Positions 29,501 to 36,900 of a DNA stretch of 64,000 bases are shown in pieces. The DNA lies in contig CAMHPA010000001.1 of the NCBI GenBank assembly GCA_946186925.1, positions 17,327 through 81,326 on the forward strand. The letters run 5' to 3'. The first letter of the stretch is position 1, and each line of letters starts with the position of its first letter. A program made the position numbers and the translations under genes. The DNA is from an uncultured Bacteroidota bacterium. Its GTDB lineage: Bacteria > Bacteroidota > Bacteroidia > Bacteroidales > SZUA-534. Below the pieces are notes generated by a model. The model had not been told where the DNA came from. It saw only the letters and a list, made by a program, of their open reading frames with translations, and ran no database searches.

Positions 29501-30285
29501 ACAATGATACGAATGTTCCAATCATAATTGGAGGCGAGCTTACCGGAACAGGAACGGTGGCAACCATTTGTCCGGCGAAATATTCTGAGGGTGACCAGGT
29601 AATTGTTTTGGCAACCGACGACGATAACAACAACATTAGCGGTACCTCATTGCCCGATGTGTACAGCCGCTTCGAGGTTGCCGAACAGTTCAATGCAGCC
29701 AATCCGGGCAAACCAACCCAATGGTATGTCGATTCTGAGGGAAAACTCACCAAGACTGATCCAAACAGCACCAGCCAAACCGTTCCCTCGTGGATGACAG
29801 ACGATGGCAACGGGCACTATTATGTTGATTTAGGTCTGTCTACCCTTTGGGCAACCACCAATGTGGGAGCAGATAACCCTCAAGACAAAGGCACTGCCAT
29901 CCAATGGAGCGAGAACATTGGTGGCAGCTGGGGTACTGACTGGAAGGCACCTACGCAGCAGCAGTTTGCAGAGCTTGATGAATGCACCATGGAATATGTC
30001 GACAGTTATGCTGGCACAGGCAAAAAGGGAATTGTTGTGTATGGGGAAAACAACAGCAGCCAGTCACTCGACAGCCCACATATTTTTATTCCATACGATG
30101 CTGATATAAATGGCAACTATTGGACATCGGAGGCTGGGGACGAAAGTGGTACGGCGAAAGTCGTTATTTTCACTTATAGTGAAGGTGGTCATGGAGGTAC
30201 TGTATCTGTGGTCGGAGCCAGTGATACACAATCCATCGAACAGGCTTATGAAAATGAGCATGTAGTGCGTCTGGTTAGAAAGTAA
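20524..30285 (+). CDS. giant secreted multidomain surface-type protein (3,253 aa)
   Basis: An uninterrupted 9.76-kb ORF. Module order: Sec signal peptide MKTIAKKVFAVLALAITTVASVFGQ; a ~110-aa N-terminal domain; 7 x 41-aa basic repeats; at least 10 Listeria-Bacteroides/InlB-B-type repeats (GYTFAGW, GYSFKNW, GYHIVYW, GNEFIGW, GHEFVGW, GYELEGW, GHSFDGW, GYSVKCW, EFTGW). Three beta-helix-like regions follow, opening with YVSKNG..SVPTIADAL, YVNPEY..EKPFASIQDAI and HVAPGS..SAPFGSITDAL. There are also two FISUMP/DUF1566-like lectin-fold modules (VYFSQGNLQY...SVRLVQD; LWATTNVGA...YWTSE...VRLVRK). Confidence 0.9.
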   Translation: MKTIAKKVFAVLALAITTVASVFGQNGFSYQAVIRNAEGELVANKQIVAKFTLKHDGESYYTETQSVATNQYGNIQVVVGAGEKVDGEFANVPWNTMAIKMLVEVDLDGAGKYTALGEVPIQAAPYAMHAQKAGGVATQNANTKDGDALFAVNDASGNPVFAVFAEGIVVYVDDAADKAARRSGFVVTGRSATKDQAAAEYFAVTTEGTHIYVDDADDKAARRSGFVVTGRSATKDGEQADYLTVGGEGTTVYVDGADDKAARRSGFVVTGRSATKDGEQADYLTVGGEGTTVYVDGADDKAARRSGFVVTGRSATKDSAEQQYFAATADGTTVYVDDAADKAARRSGFVVTGRSATKDGEQADYLAVGGEGTQVFIDGADEESDKAARRSGFVVTGRSATKADETMFAIEGGFTRVYIDEEVDDKAARRSGFVVTGRSATKAPTKYMAIDRDSTNIQTTELTINEKPDIQQVQPSDTQKRKNTFSIKGGNVQVGGDVVMTGDVEKKVDVIPTDTGIELPKLDKIVDRVDTVDCSIYKPFIYGDDSDSEGYAILGVYSEGSYSVVDNTDASGNTVLLIDENGFVTKKQKNATVVVLMPEGGKQLYIRPIAATNQTISFGLIKRKATEPYQYIMVEVEVEAKAGIPYEVKTASVEGGRVIISSATALYGEKVQIEAVPNDGYTFAGWSDGATFLLKRTMTVTSDIFITASFEMDSYSVETSVNDEGMGYVDVEGSHNYGDKVTFTANPNEGYSFKNWSGESIENIEGIDLTANPLEVVLKSDLNVTANFEIITFTVTFDPQGGKVNPATVSVDYKGTIAEPKAERKGYHIVYWATNVDGKLVKFNFNDPIVSDTTIIAQWEVQPYTISYKEVDDNFASATSYTVEELPTIAEPSKEGNEFIGWTGKNWPEPTKEISFDDLAEDIELTANWAPNQHSVTFINGNETVAESTVEYGAQIEQPENNPEKEGHEFVGWNTDSNATEAAAIGQMPDDDVVYYAIWSVKSYELTWVYEGTINETIAYTMAGSVEYGTQLIAPKINRAGYELEGWEPEVTTMPAENMTYTAKWKPNTNTAYTVNIYKQDVYGKDYELVDQKSKTGTTDTDATFDAQEIEGFEVQPITSVKISGDGLAELRVKYNRLPYQALWMANGQKFAETEALYEAEIPALAEQPTLTGHSFDGWYYEVNGDEAMFEEGKLTMPLGGITFTAGFSKKYYAVNLPDAGLIIESPQDVDGKYEYEAEVTLKVTDDYELTGDITATDASGNSIVINDNNGSYTFTMPDDVVTITAELTKIYAVTFDANGGKFADGEGTMTIKVAENTAISDVPVATRDGYSVKCWLKIAGETNEEFDFSTPIASAITLKADWTPDVYTKGSLQLKDNAGRVADAMYAYYKCAAGEYLYLCHQYHIGNEDQLTSEYRNYYVVNGKIYEDDVYASKTLQLGYGVMPVPIGNVVTGYEETIENGEHSMQNLLGEYAANIPTDLDAFNALPFSSLVKKYSYFPTGGSLSEITKSTDNSYTLTGTSIKPEEIVSAEKNGNNDTCNYESSIFSEKSYYNRLTLAEIASKFDLIRNGCDIVTDYEGGTVAVSGNKTHVNYREEVTLTATAKESYIFYCWADYSLDNPRTVKVTEAALVQAIFIEPAIYVSKNGNNMNSGITRNESVPTIADALHRIPPQSDPDNWADWEIRIIGTLKGGQSIADDMNIEGIRSPIPAKSITLTGASELKDGQPQDTIDAGWEYYNTGEFDGDNEPIYAWRNVYNYAGEVPALTITAPVPVTIKNLIITRGKSMTGGGIKITYEDYDVIPDDAGVTLAENAIITNNAATNDGCAGVYINSGTLRMLDGSKISGNQAIYGGSGGGVVLENGTLDMQGGIISGNNTTSFGDDIYFSDGTLLLSGAPVIGKLYYSDGYIVLAENLTDGASITIQPNYYEEPYMWYDELYYTTLLTAESGVSVADNIDGHFDLIQPTGDSRTWFIACNDENEGILTYNCTVTANGTEYPVPRGTKMEPLAEPTKPDNVDAESEFTGWLNGDIFFDFENDYVLEDMTLTPVWAKPKTELYVNPEYTNSDSDGTSEKPFASIQDAIHDIYLYNKADYDYTIYVNGYEQNQVVIGNSLSAKTILLLGVGDNSGFDIPSYGYMPLSIETNVPVTLKNVKINVRTFVNSCVSKALAVAIGYDADVTFAEGTEINGNGINQTSDNAGVVVNGKLTMSDDAKIHGFTAGVAGGVLLENSNSVLIMEGNSSIYECSSKNSNGGGGIHMSSGQVTMNDNAIIRNCTANYYCGGVTIEGGEFVMNNESAITACRGGSNGSAGVYIKNATVTMNGGEISNNTVSERYGAGVYMGEGSKFIMKGGTISDNKGGGVYITGSSYTSYGEFDMQGGTISGNLSADGSAPWFGVHVCADVVYDNNDNKIHSGVGVLKMSGSAYVDEDNEVILCYDDEERNNTIVYEQAQITITGQLTHDGPAARIKLLDRLSSVPRYSRGKKLIDGDDYVSEYYSKFILDSDEWTIGSDGTLKRISEGTISSKFTVNAEGKQVYFSQGNLQYNMGSHTWQFAEDQCAYIGTDNENISNADYKDWIDLFSWGKGNNPTEYLSDADYSEFVDFGSNAISNGGNAQNKWRTLTKDEWDYLLTRSSMVTVGDQKVLVLTPDGFEVPGSHTLLKNKWSDPEHGSYHQLSQYEMSQLESFGAVFLPVAGYRSGDDENVYVYNVTTHGTYMSATPDNDVNAWYFDFSSDGGILTAKGARSLGYSVRLVQDVEGSGSSSGSGGSTTFHVAPGSNGNGTESAPFGSITDALAAMTDETASYTVIVDGDFSEDGEWRIEGENYESIKASNILIKGKNGNNADKLPGVYVKTEAEVTFETIHIGAMFIGAVQIDEDDYAPANVIFENGAVVENNTSIKYIDETGLNGTVELFQKGAVTLTIRQGAEIVNNDINGEYENNSCGGVYIGQYSKLVMEGGTISGNTKYDVCNSADGSVTLSGEAKAGKVYIHGDNDTNVPIIIGGELTGTGTVATICPAKYSEGDQVIVLATDDDNNNISGTSLPDVYSRFEVAEQFNAANPGKPTQWYVDSEGKLTKTDPNSTSQTVPSWMTDDGNGHYYVDLGLSTLWATTNVGADNPQDKGTAIQWSENIGGSWGTDWKAPTQQQFAELDECTMEYVDSYAGTGKKGIVVYGENNSSQSLDSPHIFIPYDADINGNYWTSEAGDESGTAKVVIFTYSEGGHGGTVSVVGASDTQSIEQAYENEHVVRLVRK
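21052..21850 (+). repeat. in-frame tandem repeat, 7 copies, period 123 bp (one 132, one 120)
   Basis: The core gacaaggcagcccgccgcagcggattcgt.gt.ac.ggccg.tcggc.accaaag (D-KAARRSGFVVTGRSATK) starts at 21052, 21175, 21298, 21421, 21544, 21676 and 21796. Units 21175-21297 and 21298-21420 are identical at all 123 positions. Confidence 0.95.
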
Positions 30286-30315
30286 GGCTGCACCGTCACT
30301 TTGCAGTTAATATAA

Positions 30316-30370
30316 AGCCGCCGCCGCTTGAGGGAATTAGACAAAAACCTTTGGGCGGCGGCTGTTTTTT
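30316..30370 (+). terminator. terminator-like hairpin after the giant gene
   Basis: A 10-bp GC-rich stem pairs agccgccgcc (30316-30325) with ggcggcggct (30354-30363), with a 28-nt loop. A T6 run follows (30365-30370). Confidence 0.55.
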
Positions 30371-30422
30371 GCCGATGTGGATAACCTTGTGTTGTTTTAT
30401 GGCCATACAACCCGAAAAAAAC

Positions 30423-30430
30423 TATTTTTG
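30423..30430 (+). promoter_or_regulatory. -7 promoter box upstream of coaD
   Basis: tatttttg lies 23 nt upstream of ATG 30454. Confidence 0.4.
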
Positions 30431-30453
30431 CAAAGCATTCGGATTTTTTTGAG

Positions 30454-30945
30454 ATGGCAAAAAAGATAGCAGTTTTCCCCGGTTCGTTCGACCCGTTCAC
30501 GCTGGGCCACCACTCGGTGGTGACGCGCGCCTTGCCGCTTTTCGACGAGGTGGTGGTGGGCATTGGCCGCAACACCCTGAAAAACGGGTTCTTCAGCATC
30601 GACGAGCGTGTTGAGCTGATTGAGAACGTTTACCGCGATGAGCCGAAAGTGCGAGTTGAGGCTTACGACGGGCTGACTGTTGATTACTGCCAGCGGATTG
30701 GGGCGGCTTTCATGCTGCGCGGAATCCGCACAGTGTCCGATTTTGAGTATGAGTGCGCCATATCGCAGATGAACCAGCTGATGCGCCCCGGCGTTGAGAC
30801 GGTCTTTCTGCTCACCACTCCCGAGCTCACGCCTGTCAACTCGACTATTGTGCGCGACATTCTCAGCTACGGCGGCGACGTGAGCCAGTTTGTGCCGCCC
30901 GCAATGAACATTACCGAAGTGTTGAACAAACGGAACTTGAAATGA
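30454..30945 (+). CDS. coaD: pantetheine-phosphate adenylyltransferase
   Basis: 163 aa with the FPGSFDPFTLGH nucleotidyltransferase motif. Confidence 0.93.
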   Translation: MAKKIAVFPGSFDPFTLGHHSVVTRALPLFDEVVVGIGRNTLKNGFFSIDERVELIENVYRDEPKVRVEAYDGLTVDYCQRIGAAFMLRGIRTVSDFEYECAISQMNQLMRPGVETVFLLTTPELTPVNSTIVRDILSYGGDVSQFVPPAMNITEVLNKRNLK

Positions 30946-32354
30946 AAGCTATCAAATCACTTCTGTCAGTTGCTTTGATACTTTGCCTCTCGGCGCCGGC
31001 CGGTGCCCAGACAACCATACTGTTCGGTACCAACCCCACCTACAAAAACCAGAAAATTGATGTCTATTCGTGCGTCGATTACATATCTGACGTGAACAAG
31101 CTGGTGGGCAGCGGCGTGGCCGACAGCCTCGGCAATTTCCGCATCGAGGTAAGCATCGACAAAACCTGCCGCCTTACGCTCGACCTAGGCCGGCAGCGCG
31201 GCATTCTGTACGCCGACACCGCTATGACCTACAACATTGTGCTGCCCGACTACTCGCCCAAAAACAAAGGCGATCTGCTGAATCCCTATTTCGTGCCCGA
31301 AGAGTTTCTTGTGGGTGTCAAAAACCCCGACAGGTACAACATAAACATGTACGTCGACATGTTCGACTACTACTATCAGGACTGCGTTGAGAAATACTAC
31401 TACACGCTCTTCCGCCAGCGCGACAAGGTGGCCGTCGACAGCCTCATCGACCATATGGAGCGCACGTTCGACACCATTCCCAGCGAGTTTTTCCGCACCT
31501 ACCGCGAGTATAAATACGCTTGGCTGAAGTTTGTGAGCTATATGCGCGACTGGCGCTATATGTCGCGCGAATACTTCGACGGGCGCGCCGTAGCCTATGA
31601 AAATCCGGCCTATATGGACCTGTTCAATCAGATGTTCACCAACTTCCTGAAGTTCTATATGAACACCCGCGAGGGCGAGCGCATCTACTCCGACATCGCT
31701 CTGTCGAAAAGTCCCGTCAAGGCCAAGCAGACGCTCTCGAACAGCCTTGCCATCACCAACGACACGCTTCAGGAGATGGTGCTGCTCAAAGGCATCCACG
31801 ACGCGCTCTACGACTGCTACTTCACAACCAGCAGTCTGCTCATCGCCCTCGACTCCATCAAGGCAACAACCAAAATACAGCAGCACAAGCAGATAGCGCA
31901 GAATATCGAGCTCAAGAACCAGATTGCCCGTGTTGGCACAATGGCGCCCGGGTTCTGCCTTGCCGACACGGCCGGAGTCTACCGCAGCGTCGACGAGTAC
32001 AAGGGCCGGTACGTCTATCTGAACTTTGTCACCATCGACAGCTACGCCTGCGTTCAGGATCTTGAACAGCTCAAACTGCTCAACGAGAAGACAAAAGGCG
32101 TGATGGATGTGATTTCAATCTCGATTGACGAGGACTTCGAAAGCGTGAAGAAATTCTTCAAGCGCAACGGCTACAACTGGACGCTGCTCGACACCAAAGG
32201 CGATATGTCGGTGGTTGAGAGCTACAAGGTGAAGGTTTATCCGTCGTACTTCCTGATTGATGTCGACGGAACGCTTTGTATGTCGCCGGCCACATCGCCG
32301 TCGGAGGGGTTTGAGTCGCGGTTCAAACAACTGTTTCAGAGCCGCAATCACTGA
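30942..32354 (+). CDS. TlpA/ResA-like thioredoxin-fold protein with a long N-terminal domain (active site SxxC)
   Basis: 470 aa with a signal peptide. The C-terminal ~140 aa align by eye to TlpA-type redoxins (APGFCLADTAGVYRSVDEYKGRYVYLNFVTIDSYACVQDLEQLK). SYAC occupies the position of WCGPC. The start overlaps the coaD stop (ATGA). Confidence 0.65.
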   Translation: MKAIKSLLSVALILCLSAPAGAQTTILFGTNPTYKNQKIDVYSCVDYISDVNKLVGSGVADSLGNFRIEVSIDKTCRLTLDLGRQRGILYADTAMTYNIVLPDYSPKNKGDLLNPYFVPEEFLVGVKNPDRYNINMYVDMFDYYYQDCVEKYYYTLFRQRDKVAVDSLIDHMERTFDTIPSEFFRTYREYKYAWLKFVSYMRDWRYMSREYFDGRAVAYENPAYMDLFNQMFTNFLKFYMNTREGERIYSDIALSKSPVKAKQTLSNSLAITNDTLQEMVLLKGIHDALYDCYFTTSSLLIALDSIKATTKIQQHKQIAQNIELKNQIARVGTMAPGFCLADTAGVYRSVDEYKGRYVYLNFVTIDSYACVQDLEQLKLLNEKTKGVMDVISISIDEDFESVKKFFKRNGYNWTLLDTKGDMSVVESYKVKVYPSYFLIDVDGTLCMSPATSPSEGFESRFKQLFQSRNH

Positions 32355-32405
32355 TTTGCCCGCTATGCGGCACAATTTTCGTAACCACAAAATTATCAAA
32401 CAGAT

Positions 32406-32996
32406 ATGCGCGAACTGATTTTTGCAACACACAATCAGCACAAGTCCGACGAGGTTGCCCGGATGATTGGCGATTTGTACAACGTTAAGGATTTAAGCCA
32501 GACAGGCATTGAGGAGGAAGTTCCCGAAACAGGCAATACCCTTGAGGCTAATGCCCGCCAAAAAGCCCGTTATGTGTATGACCGCGTGGGGCAGAGTGTT
32601 TTTGCCGACGACACCGGCCTCGAGGTTGAGGTGCTTGGTGGCAAACCGGGTGTCCACACGGCACGCTATGCCGGTCCCGAGTGCGACTCTGACAAGAATA
32701 TGCGCAAGCTTCTTGCCGATCTTGCCAACGAGGAGAACCGCCGCGCGCAGTTCCGCACGGTCATCTGCCTGAAGATTGGCGAGAGCGAGTATCTGTTTGA
32801 GGGCGTGGTGAAAGGCACCATCACGCGCGAGTTTTCGGGAGAGGAGGGCTTCGGCTACGACCCCATCTTTATGCCCGATGGCTACAACCAGACTTTTGCT
32901 GAGATGCCGATGGACGAAAAGAATAAAATCAGCCACCGCGGCCGCGCTATCGAGAAACTTGTGGAGTTTCTGCGGCGGATGGGCGATGCGCAGTAA
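32406..32996 (+). CDS. rdgB: non-canonical purine NTP pyrophosphatase (RdgB/HAM1 family)
   Basis: 196 aa with the motifs FATHNQHK, ADDTGLEV, FGYDPIF and ISHRGRA. Confidence 0.9.
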   Translation: MRELIFATHNQHKSDEVARMIGDLYNVKDLSQTGIEEEVPETGNTLEANARQKARYVYDRVGQSVFADDTGLEVEVLGGKPGVHTARYAGPECDSDKNMRKLLADLANEENRRAQFRTVICLKIGESEYLFEGVVKGTITREFSGEEGFGYDPIFMPDGYNQTFAEMPMDEKNKISHRGRAIEKLVEFLRRMGDAQ

Positions 32997-33286
32997 TGCG
33001 GAATCGATTCGGACAATAGCCGGTTGCCAGTCAGCAGCAAAATGCGATAGTCCTATGATGTAATAAGTTGCATAATAGTGCATGGAGAGAGATTTGAACC
33101 TCACGATCGACAGCCATCTGACCCCACAATGCATAGTATTGGCACACAATCAGTTGAAAGGACGCAGTCGGCTTGGTTTGCGTTTAAATGAAGTCATGGT
33201 ATGGTCCGTTTCGGCGGCCAGTAAGTGAAATTCTTATTTTACCCAAAACCATATGCGCATAATTATAAACGCCACTAAAAAAAAGC

Positions 33287-33294
33287 TAAATTTG
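33287..33294 (+). promoter_or_regulatory. -7 promoter box upstream of argR
   Basis: taaatttg lies 29 nt upstream of ATG 33324. Confidence 0.4.
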
Positions 33295-33323
33295 CAACCC
33301 GAAAGAATTTAAAAATCCTTCAA

Positions 33324-33803
33324 ATGGAAAACAGAAGCCAACGATTGGCCTTGATAACCAATATCATTCAGAATGAGGATGTTGAGTCGCAGAGCAACCT
33401 CCTTGAGAAGCTTCGTGAGCACGGATGTGAGGTTACGCAGGCAACGCTCTCGCGCGACTTGAAACTGCTGAAAATTTTCAGACGCTTCACCAACGACGGG
33501 CGCTACCTTTACGCGCTGCAAGGTCCGTCGGCTCCGGAGCCGGGTGCCATCAAGCCGTCGTCGTCGGCCGAGGGGTTCCTCTCGATGGAGTTTGCCGGCA
33601 ATCTGGCGGTCATCCGCACCGTTCCGGCGTTTGCGCAACCCATCTCACAGGCCATCGACGATATGAATATGCCGTCGGTGATTAGCACCATAGCCGGCAA
33701 CGACACCATTCTGCTGGTCATCCGCAACGGTTTTTCGGAGGTGAATGTGATGCAGGATTTTGAAAATTACTTTCCTGAGTTCGCCAGTAAAATCCACAGT
33801 TAG
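33324..33803 (+). CDS. argR: arginine repressor
   Basis: 159 aa with a winged-helix N-terminus (QSNLLEKLREHGCEVTQATLSRDLKLLK) and a C-terminal oligomerisation/arginine-binding domain (TIAGNDTILLV). Confidence 0.9.
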   Translation: MENRSQRLALITNIIQNEDVESQSNLLEKLREHGCEVTQATLSRDLKLLKIFRRFTNDGRYLYALQGPSAPEPGAIKPSSSAEGFLSMEFAGNLAVIRTVPAFAQPISQAIDDMNMPSVISTIAGNDTILLVIRNGFSEVNVMQDFENYFPEFASKIHS

Positions 33804-33934
33804 AAAATGATTAACTCCCGCAACACCCGACAGAATGCAGCGACGGCAGTTTTTGCCGAAGGGCATTCGTTTTTTTCGGTGTGCGCTGACGGGAACTGAA
33901 ATCGAACGATATAAAAACTACAAATACAGAGAAT

Positions 33935-36900
33935 ATGAAAGAAGTAAAAAAAGTGCTCTTGTTAGGTTCAGGAGCGTTGAAGATTGGTCAGGCGGGTGAG
34001 TTTGACTATTCAGGTTCGCAGGCGTTGAAGGCTATGCGCGAAGAGGGTATATCGACAGTGCTGATAAACCCCAATATTGCAACAATACAGACGTCGGACG
34101 GCGTTGCGGACAAGGTTTACTTCCTTCCTATCACCCCGTATTTTGTTGAGGAAGTCATCAAAAAGGAGCGCCCCGACGGCATTCTGCTCGCTTTCGGCGG
34201 ACAGACCGCTCTGAACTGCGGCACAGCACTTTACACTTCGGGAGTGCTGGAGAAATACGGCGTTCGGGTGCTCGGCACATCGGTTGAGGCCATTATGATT
34301 ACTGAGGACCGCGACCTGTTTGTGAAGAAACTGAAGGAGATTGACGCCAAAACACCATCGTCGCGGGCGGTTGAGAGCCTTGAGGACGCTCTTGACGAGG
34401 CTCACGTGCTGGGCTACCCCGTAATGGTTCGCTCGGCTTACGCTCTGGGCGGTCTGGGCTCGGGCATCAGCACCAACGAGAAAGAGTTCATCGACCTGTG
34501 CAACAACGCTCTGGCCTACTCGAAACAGATTCTGGTTGAGGAGTCGCTGAAGGGCTGGAAAGAGATTGAGTTTGAGGTTATCCGCGACGCCAACGACCAC
34601 TGCTTCACGGTGGTTCCAATGGAGAACGTTGACCCGCTGGGCATCCACACGGGCGAGAGCATCGTCATCGCGCCAATCATCACCCTTTCGGAGGAGCAAA
34701 TCAATATGCTCTCGGAGATTGCGAAGAAGGTTGTGCGCCACATCGGCATTGTGGGCGAGTGCAACATTCAGTTCGCCTTCAACGCGCAGACCAACGACTA
34801 TCGAATCATCGAGATAAACGCCCGCCTGAGCCGCTCATCGGCGCTGGCATCGAAGGCATCGGGCTACCCGCTCGCCTTTGTGGCAGCCAAACTGGCGCTG
34901 GGCTACACTCTGGACCAAATCGGCGAAATGGGCACGCCAAACTCGGCCTACGTTGCGCCTTCGGTCGATTACATCATCGCCAAGATTCCGCGCTGGGACT
35001 TGAGCAAGTTTGTGGGCGTTGACCGCGAAATCGGCTCAAGTATGAAGTCGGTGGGCGAGATTATGTCTATCGGCAAATCGTTTGAGGAGATTATGCAGAA
35101 GGGCCTTCGTATGATTGGTCAGGGAATGCACGGTTTTGTGGGCAACAACGACCTTGAATTCGACGACCTTGACAAGGAGTTGAGCCACCCGACCGATATG
35201 CGCATCTTCGCCATCGCGAAAGCGCTCGAGAAAGGCTACACACCCGAACGCATTGAGGAACTGACGAAGATTGACGTCTGGTTCATCAAGAAACTGAAAA
35301 ACATTGTGGATTACACCAAAGTGCTGGGTCAGTACAAGAAGATTGAGGACCTGCCCGCCGACGTTCTGCGCGAGGCGAAACGTCTGGGATTCAGCGACTT
35401 CCAAATCGCACGCTTTGTTGAGAATCCGTCGGGCACAATGGAGAAGGAGATTCTGCGCGTGCGCGACCACCGCAAGAAGAACAACATTCTGCCCGCCGTT
35501 CGCCGCATCAACACGGTGGCATCGGAGCATCCCGAGTTAACTAATTATCTTTATATGACTTACGGCGTGCAGGAGCACAGCATCAGTTACGCCTACAAGA
35601 ACGACAAGTCGATAATCGTGCTGGGTTCGGGCGCCTACCGCATCGGCTCGAGCGTTGAGTTCGACTGGTGCTCGGTGAACGCCATCCAAACGGCTCGCAA
35701 ACTGGGCTACAAGTCGATAATGATTAACTACAACCCTGAAACGGTCAGCACCGACTACGATATGTGCGACCGCCTGTACTTCGACGAGTTGTCGTTTGAG
35801 CGCGTGCTCGACGTCATCGACCTTGAGATTCCGAAGGGCGTGATTGTGTCGGTGGGCGGACAGATTCCGAACAACCTGGCAATGAAACTTTACCGTCAGA
35901 ACGTGCCGATTCTGGGCACATCGCCTGTGTCGATTGACCGCGCCGAAAACCGCAACAAGTTCTCGGCAATGCTCGACCAACTGGGCATCGACCAACCGCG
36001 CTGGGAGGCTCTGACAAGTTTCGAGGAGATTGACAAGTTTGTTGACGAGGTTGGCTTCCCCGTGCTGATTCGTCCGTCGTACGTGCTCTCGGGCGCGGCA
36101 ATGAACGTCTGCTACGACAAGGACCAAATGCGCACCTTCCTGAACGCCGCCGCCAAAGTGTCGAAGGAATATCCTGTTGTGGTTTCGCAGTTTATGCAAA
36201 ATACCAAAGAGATAGAGTTCGACGCCGTGGCCAAGAACGGCGAGATTTACGAGTACGCCATCTCGGAGCACATTGAGTTTGCGGGCGTCCACTCGGGCGA
36301 CGCCACTCTGGTGTTCCCCGCACAGAACATCTATCTGGCAACAGCACGCCGCATCAAACAGATAAGCAAGAAGATAGCCAAAGAGTTGAACATCAGCGGA
36401 CCGTTCAACATTCAGTATCTTGCCAAGAACAACGAGGTTAAGGTGATTGAGTGCAACCTGCGCGCATCGCGTTCGTTCCCGTTTGTGTCGAAGGTTGTGA
36501 AACGCAACTTCATTGAGACCGCTACGAAGATTATGCTCGGCGAGCCTGTTCAGAAGGCCGATTCGTCGGATTTCGACATCGACCACATCGGCGTGAAAGC
36601 GTCGCAGTTCTCGTTTGCCCGTCTGCACCGCGCCGACCCGATTCTGAGCGTCGATATGTCGTCGACGGGTGAGGTTGGCTGCCTTGGCACCGACTTCAAC
36701 GACGCACTGCTGGCCGCTCTCTACTCGGTGGGCTTCCACAAGCCTGAGAAGGGCGTTCTGGTATCGTCGGGCGACGTTCGCGGCAAGGTTGACTTGCTCG
36801 ACTCGTGCAAAATGCTTCAGGAGAAAGGCCTTAAGATTTACGCCACCGCTGGAACGCAGAAATTCCTTGCCGACAACGGTGTTACCGCCGAGCGCGTTAG

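Noticed and set aside
29800-30285. Possibility that the C-terminal lectin-fold module of the giant protein is a diversity-generating-retroelement variable region.
   Set aside because: There is no reverse transcriptase gene and no template-repeat copy of the 3' end anywhere in the window. The two lectin-like modules are not similar at the DNA level.
33081-33150. tRNA-like fragment on the minus strand (tggagagagatttgaacctcacg is the reverse complement of ..GGTTCAAATCTCTCTCCA). It suggested a tRNA gene or an integrase attachment remnant.
   Set aside because: The five bases on either side of the TTCAAAT loop (tgagg / ctctc) do not pair. No 7-bp acceptor stem partner is found about 70 nt away. 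No D or anticodon arms could be built, and no integrase is nearby. tRNAscan-SE or ARAGORN on 33000-33320 would settle it.
33304-33321. Possible ARG box (aagaatttaaaaatcctt, 14/18 self-complementary) just upstream of the argR start codon.
   Set aside because: It is AT-rich and only loosely similar to TGAAT-N4-ATTCA. No second box was found and nothing comparable lies upstream of carB, so it cannot be distinguished from chance by eye.
33856-33880. Weak hairpin (cgaa-gggca-ttcg) followed by a T7 run between argR and carB, considered as a terminator or attenuator.
   Set aside because: The stem is only 4 bp, or 5 bp with a 14-nt loop. That is too weak to call without transcript-end data.
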